Shown here: piece by piece, positions 55,516 through 64,000 of the stretch
How positions within the stretch are numbered: position 1 is the stretch's first letter
Layout: every line of letters starts with the position of its first letter
Source: Octopus vulgaris
Lineage: Eukaryota
NCBI GenBank assembly: GCA_951406725.2
Contig: OX597816.1
Location: 13,516,001-13,580,000, forward strand
Reading direction: 5' to 3'
Length of the DNA: 64,000 nucleotides
Translations under genes and position numbers: made by a program
The notes under the pieces: model-generated
What the model was told of the DNA's origin: nothing
Seen by the model: only the letters and a program-made list of their open reading frames with translations
Database searches by the model: none

Positions 55516-56446
55516 TTGTCCTTGCACAGGCGCCATCCGGACTCCCGTTTGCGCCGTGAACAAGGATTAATCTTCTCTCTTCGCTCCTTTGCGCCACATG
55601 GGCTCAACTCTCCTCCCCTCTTCAGCTAACCTCCTCCCCTCACCTCTCTCCACCTCACACCTACTTCTTCCAACCCATCTCTCCTCTCTTGCTCCGGCTC
55701 CTACTTCTTCTCTTCACTCCTACTCTCCTTCTCTCTTCTCTTCACTCCTACCCACCTTCTCCTTCCCACTTCATCGTCACCCCTCCCTCGTAAGCCCATT
55801 CCACCCCTACACATTACAAACCCACTTTCCCTATGCATCCCATCACACTCCACCCCATCCCTCACACCCACTACCAAATACCCCCACATCTACCCCACCC
55901 TCTGCCTACCTACATACCCCACCAATACCCCCACTCTCAGCCTAACTCACTCGCCACCCTTACTTTCCCCACTTTCGTCTCCCCCACCTCCCAACACCAT
56001 CACACGACTACAGCATACACCACCAGACCACACAACACATCACATCACAATACACCACCACGTACACACTAGCACTGACCACTTCCCAGCCCCACATTTT
56101 CTCACCACACATACACACACGCACACGTCAAGATCACCAGCCCTATTCCACATACAAACTCTCTTATACACACGCGCACCTTCGTTTTGGGATCACCACT
56201 ACTTTATTATCTCCCCTACACCCTAGCTCTCCTGTGTGACCCTTCTGTCCGGCATTCGTCATGATAGATCGCTAGCCACGACACATTTTTTATTTTCTCT
56301 CTTTGTTTCTTTCTGTGTTTCTTTCTATGGAAGAGCGTAGGCTCGAAACGTTAAAGACTTTTTCGCTTCCCGTGCGTTATACTAATACAACTGTTTGTTG
56401 TCTGCACCACTTGTTTTCGTCTTTTGTTCTTTTGTGAATTTTCCCC
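55516..56446 (+). mobile_element. Penelope-like element 3' part: GIY-YIG endonuclease C-terminus, C-rich 3' UTR and minimal HHR remnant (56321-56357)
   Basis: LSLHRRHPDSRLRREQGLIFSLRSFAPHGLNSPPLFS* matches the RE...I..L....P.GLN end of Penelope endonucleases; gagcgtaggctcgaaacgttaaag; ends at (TA)n. Confidence 0.8.
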
Positions 56447-56579
56447 ATATACATATATATATATATTTTTTTTTTTCGATAAAAAAACCAAGGCTATGTA
56501 GATTTTAGAACATTTATAGATAGACGGTCTTACAGTTGTTTACAGGATATTTATTATAGCTCTTCGTATATGTATATAT

Positions 56580-56818
56580 TTTTCTTTTATTTGTTTCCCT
56601 CATTCGACTGCGACCATGCTGGAGCACCACCTTTAGTCGAACAAATCGACACCAGGGCTTTGTAAGTCTAGTACTTATCCTATCGCTCTCTTTTGCCGAT
56701 CTGTTAAGTTAGTGGGACATAAACATACCAACATCGGTTGTCAAGCGATGGTGGGGGGACAAATACTGACACACAAACATACACACACACAGACACCCAC
56801 ACACATACACACACACAT

Positions 56819-56851
<33 letters not shown>

Positions 56852-57010
56852 CACAAAGGGCTTCTTTCAGTTTCCGTTTACCAAATCCTCTCAAAAGGCT
56901 TTAGACGACCCAAGGCTATAGTAGAAGACACTTGCTCAAGGTTCCACGCAGTGAGACTGAACCCAGAACCATATGGTTTGTAAGCAATCTACTTATCACA
57001 CAGCCACGCC
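56580..57010 (-). mobile_element. SINE family B
   Basis: Reverse complement of the consensus. Confidence 0.88.
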
Positions 57011-57869
57011 TATATATCTATACATACACACACGTATGTATGTATGTATGTATGTATGTATGTATGTGTGTATGTATGTATGTATGTATGCATGTATGCA
57101 TGCATGTATGTATGCATGCATGCATGCATGTATGTATGTATGTATGTATGCATGCATGCATGTATGTATGTATGTATGCACGCATGCATGTATGTATGTA
57201 TGTATGTATGTATATATGTATGTAGCTGTGCGAGTTTGTGCTTGTGTTGTCCCCCATCACAGCTTGGCAACCGGCGTTGCTTTATTTGCATATCAGTGAC
57301 CTAGCGTTTCGGTGAAATAAATCGATAGAATAAGTACGAAACATAAAAATAAGTGCTAAGGTCGGCGTAATTGACTTCACACACCCATCAAAACTGCCTT
57401 GAACCCTGCAACGGACTGCTGGCAATTCGTCCTTTGAAGGGGAATGCTCTGATCTCAGTCACTCATACACCATGCTAAAACGGGTAACTGGTCTTAAGAC
57501 TCCTAGGGCTCAATGGAGGGAGAAAAAAAAATCATTAAGTCATACGAAACGTTGGCGCCATTGCAGTCTCTCGCCAACGGTGATGATCTGACCGTGAACC
57601 TGTCTTTACACATTACCAAATCGGACAAAATCGGCTCCCAAGTTATTATTGAAAATATCGATGGAACGGAATACATGCCATCCTTCAAGCGTAAACTAAC
57701 ACGTACAGAAATTCCTCCATGAAACACACAACGGTGAATTATGCTTTCTATTAGATTGCATTTATACGCACCATTGCACACGTACAATATACAATTCTAA
57801 TTTATACTACTGCGACGATGACTACTAATATTTCTACTACACAACCGCTATTACGAGAAGACTATCGAT

Positions 57870-57989
57870 GACCGCCACCACCACAGCCACTACTACTACT
57901 ACTACTACTACTACGACTACGACTACTACTACTACTACAACTACTACTGTTACTACTACTACTACTATTACTACCACCACCACCACCAC

Positions 57990-58025
<36 letters not shown>

Positions 58026-58052
58026 AACTACTACTAATACTACTACTAATAC

Positions 58053-58085
<33 letters not shown>

Positions 58086-58196
58086 AACTACTACTCTTAT
58101 TACTACAACTACTACTACTATTACTACAACTACTACTCTTATTACTACAACTACTATTACTACTACAACAACTACTACTACTACTGCTACAACAAC

Positions 58197-58240
<44 letters not shown>

Positions 58241-58241
58241 A
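57870..58241. repeat. (ACT)n compound trinucleotide repeat
   Basis: Directly visible. Confidence 0.95.
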
Positions 58242-59297
58242 CGACTGCTATTCTTTCTAAATTGTACATTGAACAGAGGAAAAAAACTACACAATTTCTC
58301 GGGCACATAACATGATCAGAATTGCATCAAAATCTATATTGTTTTTTGTTGTTGCTGCTGCTCTTAATATTATTGTTAATCTTGGTTTTGTTTGTAAAAA
58401 ACAGGGCTTTTTTGCATGTTCAAAAATACTATGACGAGCTGACAGACTCATTAGATCGACGGCGGGGGGTGGGGTGCATGACGTCATTTCTTCCGTTCTT
58501 TGCGTTCTCGGTTCAAATTCCACCGAGGTCGACTTTGCCTTTCATCTTTTTTTGGGCCCATAAAAATTAATGCCAGCTGAAAACTTGAGTCGAATTTCAG
58601 GTCACAATAAATATATTGTGAAGGTGCGTGGTCTAGTGGTTAGAGGCGTTGCACTTACAATTGTGAGCTCGTGGTTTCGATTCCCAGACTGGTTGCGAGT
58701 TGTGTCCTTGTGTAAGAAGCTTCGTTTTACGTGGCTCCAGTCCACTCAGCTGTAAATGGGTGACCATGGGACATATTTGTCTTCCAATCAGCGAGGAATA
58801 TTGACCTGTTCGCCTAGCCAGCGGGATGGTATCATTCGAAAGCTAAAACGACACAAAGCGCATTGTGACAAGCGATATATAACAGTATCCGTTTGTCTGG
58901 TCGATCACGTGGTGACTATTGTAGAAAGGATTATTATATGCAAAACCAGAAGGCTTTCGCATTATGGATAAGAAGCGGCTATTTTATCGACCTCAAGGGG
59001 ATGACAAGCAAAGCTGACCTCGGTGGAATTTGAACGCAGAACGTAAAAACGGATGAAATGCCCCTAAGCATTTTTCCCGGCGTGCTAATGATTCTGCCAG
59101 CTCGCCGTCTTGGCACGCCGAGGTTGACTTTGCCTTTCATCCTTACGGGGTCGATAAATTAAGTACCAGTTTCGCACTGGGGTCGATGTAATCGACTAGT
59201 CCCTTCTCTCCAAATTTCATGCCTTGTGCCTATAGTAGAAAGGATTAGGAATAAGACGATAGCATTATAATAATTTAAAAAATGATAAAAACGTTGG

Positions 59298-59357
<60 letters not shown>

Positions 59358-59487
59358 ATCACACATACACACACACACATATACTTCGGTATGAATGAAT
59401 GAAGCGACGGAGTGAAATTGACAACGCAGGCCCCAGTGAGTTTCTTTGAATACTGTTCCATCTGATTATGTATATAATAATAATAAA

Positions 59488-60024
59488 TGCTAGACTGGCT
59501 CTCATGGCTTCTGATCTTAACTGATTGGAAGTGTTATCATGTACGTTGTTTTGTCTTGGTATAAAAGATGGACTACAGCAAATATTCTGCTCAATACCAC
59601 AGATTTGCTTGTCAGTTGTTTGACCATAACCAGTTGAGCATGTCCCTTAGTGGCTGACGATAAGTGCATCTCTGATCATGAGCAGAAGTAGTGGGGGAGT
59701 ATCATAGCCATGTGTTGTGAGGAATTCTTAGAGGCTTGGATAATTCACCTTTGGAAATATGGGTGGTTCGTTCAACATCCTTAAACAATCCTTATTCAGG
59801 GACCTTTTCAGCGTGATGGGCTACTCGACCAGAAGAAAATTCTAACTGGACCCCACCTGCAAGGTTATGTAGAGTTTATATTGATATGAAACCATGTCGC
59901 GCACATATGGTTGTGATGCATGTGCCTGGTGTAACCTTATCAGATGGGTAGTCATGACGGGTATACTGGGCTTCGTATATGTTACCCCAGTGTCACTTTG
60001 ATGGCATGCACTGCTCTCTCACTC
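59488..60024 (+). mobile_element. Element E (non-coding, AAT-flanked retroposon), copy 1
   Basis: Tandem homologue of 60106-60660, flanked by (AAT)n. Confidence 0.88.
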
Positions 60025-60037
60025 AACAATGATAATG

Positions 60038-60105
<68 letters not shown>

Positions 60106-60106
<1 letters not shown>

Positions 60107-60660
60107 GCCCTGATGCAGTACCAGGCAGTGGCTCTCATGGCTTCTGATCTTAACTGATTGGAAGTGTTATCATGTACATTGTTTTGTCTTGGTATAAAAG
60201 ATGGGCTACAGCAAATATTCTGCTCAATACCACAGATTTGCTTGTCAGTTGTTTGACCTTAACCAGTTGAGCATGTCCCTTAGTGGCTGACGATATGTGC
60301 ATCTCTGATCACGAGCATAAGTAGTGGGGGAGCATCATAGCCATGTGTTGAGAGGGATTCTTTGGGGTTTGAATAATTCACCTCTGGAAACATGGGTGGT
60401 TCTTTCAACATCCTTAAACAACCCTTATTCAGGGACCTTTCGAGCGGGAAGGGCTACTCAACCTGAAGAAAATTCTAACTGGGCCCCACCTGCAAGGTCA
60501 TGTGCTGTTTATCTTGATATGAGATCACCATGTCGCGCACATATGGTTGTGATGCATGTGCCTGGTGTACCTTTATCAGACGGGTAGTCATGATGGGTAT
60601 ATTGGGCTTCGTATATTTTACCCCAGTGTCACTTTGATGGCATGCACTGCTCTCTCACTC
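60106..60660 (+). mobile_element. Element E, apparently full length (~555 bp)
   Basis: Starts tgccctgatgcagtaccaggca, ends ctctctcactc-(AAT)n; truncated copies keep the 3' end. Confidence 0.88.
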
Positions 60661-60678
60661 AATAATAATAATAATAAT

Positions 60679-60768
60679 CTCGAGAAGTACGTGGAACAAA
60701 TAGGGGCTGCAATAAGGGTGGAGCACTTGCAGAAAACAGCACTGCTTGGAACCGCTCGAATACTCGGA
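60679..60768 (+). mobile_element. R4/Dong C-terminal fragment after (AAT)n
   Basis: LEKYVEQIGAAIRVEHLQKTALLGTARIL. Confidence 0.8.
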
Positions 60769-60875
60769 GGTGGTGCTGGTGGAGGTGGTGCTGGTGGAGG
60801 TGGTGGTGGTGTTGGTGCTGGTGGTGGTGCTGGTGGTGGTGGTGGTGGTGGTGGTGGTGGTGGTGGTGGTGGTGG

Positions 60876-60906
<31 letters not shown>

Positions 60907-61264
60907 GGTGGTGGTGGTGGTGGTGGTGGTGGTGGTGGTGGTGGTGGGTGGTGGTGGTGGTGCTGCTGGTGCTGGTGCTGGTGCTGGTGCTGGTGGTGGT
61001 GGTGGTGGTGGTGGTGCTGCTGCTGCTGCTGCTGGTGGTGCTGGTGGTGCTGGTGCTGCTGGTGCTGCTGGTGGTGCTGGTGGTGCTGGTGGTGGTTGTG
61101 CTGGTGGTGGTGGTGGTGGTGGTGGCGGCGGTGGTGGCGGTGGTGGTGGTGGTGGTGGTGGTGGTGGTGGTGGTGGTGGTGGTGGTGGTGGTGGTGGTGG
61201 TGGTGGTGGCGGTGGCGGCGGTGGTGGCGGTGGTGGTGGTGGTGGCGGCGGCGGCGGCGGTGGT
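60769..61264. repeat. (GGT)n/(GCT)n/(GGC)n compound trinucleotide repeat
   Basis: Directly visible. Confidence 0.95.
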
Positions 61265-61876
61265 ACAGCACGTTGTTGTTGATAGCATCTATTTTCCACT
61301 AACAAAACTGGTTCTGAATGCCGCACAATATCACAAAGATTTCAGTCGCATGGTAAAAATCGATCAGATTGTTTTATAAGCACGCCACACAACGACGACG
61401 TTCCGGGAATTTCGTATTTCAAGAGAACAAGCATTTCCATTACGCGTTGCACCGTGCGCTGAAATTTTGTAGATGAGAAATATCGTTCGTTCACCTGTTG
61501 CGTGAACGAAGCAAATAAAATATATTCGTTTTCGCAATAGCTATCAGTTGAATATCAAACATAAGGATTATTGGATGTAGGTAAAAGTGAGAAATGATTA
61601 TTACACGTGAAGCGAAGAATATCGAATTATATGGATTGTAAAGCCTATATATTCATCTCCCATTGGAATGTGATATCCACTTGGTTGATGCGATAACAGA
61701 TATATTGGGATACGAATATCGAAATAAATGGCCACCTTCGATGGAATCTATATGGCTTTTGTTGCACCTCGCCTGGAAGTGTTCTGTTTTCAGAATAGGA
61801 GACGAAGATACATTTATGCATTTGCCGATAGTCGTGTGGGTGTGTGTGTGTGAGAGAGAGAGAGAGAGAAAGAGAA

Positions 61877-61910
<34 letters not shown>

Positions 61911-61978
61911 AGCACGTGTACGTGCGTGCGTGCGTGTGTATGGTGTATGTGTATGAATGTATGTATATATGTATATAC

Positions 61979-62023
<45 letters not shown>

Positions 62024-62040
62024 CTTTTAGTCTTTTACAG

Positions 62041-62268
62041 CGGCGAGCTGGCAGAAAAGTTAGCGCGCCGGGCGAAATGCGTAGCCGTATTTCGTCTGCC
62101 GTTACGTTCTGAGTTCAAATTCCGCCGAGGTCGACTTTGCCTTTCATCCTTTCGGAGTCGATAAATAAAGTACCAGTTTCGCACTAGGGTCGATGTAATC
62201 GACTCAATCCCTTTGTCTGTCCTTGTTTGTCCCCTGTATGTTTAGCCCCTTGTGGGTAGTAAAGAAAT
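62041..62268 (+). mobile_element. SINE family A, full length
   Basis: Matches the consensus. Confidence 0.92.
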
Positions 62269-62269
62269 A

Positions 62270-62545
62270 TTTATTCTTTTACTTGTTTCAGTCACTTGAC
62301 TGCGGCCATGCTGAAGCGTTGCCTTTTGTCGAACAGATCAACCCCCAGGACTTATTCTTAGTAAGCTAAGTACTTATTCTATCGGCCTCTTTCGCCAAAC
62401 TGTTAGTTTACGGGGGCGTAACAAAAACAACATTGGTTGTGTGGGGAAGACAAACACAGACACACAAATACATGCACACATACATATATATAAAACTGGC
62501 TTCTTTCAGTTTCTGTTTACCAAATCCACTCACAAGGTTTGTTGA
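62270..62545 (-). mobile_element. SINE family B, 3' part
   Basis: Reverse complement of the consensus. Confidence 0.85.
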
Positions 62546-62713
62546 GCACGTGTGTATATATAACTTGTATGAATAGCTGCGGCGCTGGGTGAAGGATTGG
62601 AGTAAGTCAGAGACTCCTACCAAATAAGAACTTTGTGGTTAGATTTAGGCGATTCTTTTTTTTTTCTTTATTAGAAAACAAATCGCTTTAGACTTCTTTT
62701 GTTTCGACTAGAT

Positions 62714-62795
62714 CAGTGGTTCTCAAACGGAGTCCCTCTGAACCCTAAGGATCCATATGACCCTTGGAGGTCCATATAACATTTTGCTGTTAAAA
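62714..62795 (+). mobile_element. hAT/Charlie-type MITE left end
   Basis: cagtggttctcaa terminus followed by cccc/ggggtcc-like subterminal motifs; no right end found. Confidence 0.55.
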
Positions 62796-63048
62796 TTTAT
62801 GGGCACTGAAATAGTTGAAGGTCTGAAGTTTCGTGGTACCTCGTTATGCAAACACAATATACTATGAAGTATATTCAATATTTTTATACGTCAGTGCCAT
62901 GTCCTGTTGTGTCATCAGTGCTTGTTACATTTTTTTAAGGTTGTTTCTACAGATATTCTATAAAAATAACCTTAAAAATAATGAAATAGTTATAGTCTGA
63001 AATACGCAAAACATTTTAATGATTTTTTTATACAATTCCTAATAATAT

Positions 63049-63970
<922 letters not shown>

Positions 63971-64000
63971 AAAAGACAAACCTTTTAAATGTCGAATGTC

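Noticed and set aside
57513-57722. 69-aa ORF in unique, CpG-containing sequence
   Set aside because: No recognisable domain or splice support; the length is compatible with chance.
59654-60475. CUGACGA and CUGAAGA words inside element E
   Set aside because: No downstream stem II plus GAAA/NUH arrangement; not hammerheads.
60556-61379. Long Gly/Pro/His/Trp-rich ORFs of up to 248 aa
   Set aside because: Produced by element E, an R4 fragment and a (GGT)n repeat; open in most frames.
61487-61511. Hairpin ttcgttcac...gtgaacgaa resembling a terminator
   Set aside because: A single 9-bp stem is expected by chance in 64 kb, and the context is eukaryotic.
62796-62925. CUGAUGA...GAAAC on the minus strand with a long intervening hairpin
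   Set aside because: Stems I and III and the cleavage triplet cannot be assigned; kept only as a possible relic and not annotated.

Overview
AT-rich, repeat-dominated metazoan DNA with no host protein-coding exon I can support. The tRNA-derived SINE families and the extreme (TA)n/(CA)n/(GATA)n/(AAT)n load point to an octopus (coleoid cephalopod) intron or intergenic region; this is an inference. The window holds at least four tRNA-SINE families (one forming head-to-tail multimers), relics of R4/Dong-, CR1-group, RTE- and Tx1-like non-LTR retrotransposons, a decayed hAT-like DNA transposon, mariner/pogo/piggyBac/hAT MITEs and a ~1.9 kb tandem duplication. The most striking hidden layer is more than ten type I hammerhead-ribozyme (HHR) motifs from several unrelated sequence families. 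Some look intact (23901-23951, 26523-26581, 27226-27303) and some have unusually long stem II domains. Most sit in short non-coding elements at (TA)n tracts, often as fold-back palindromes that turn at or near the ribozyme; one is a ~325-nt tandem retrozyme-like unit. A Penelope GIY-YIG C-terminus upstream of one HHR links them to Penelope-like elements. A 370-bp local sequence also appears to have been copied into a LINE about 9.7 kb away (templated insertion). All structures were read by eye, so coordinates of degenerate elements are approximate.
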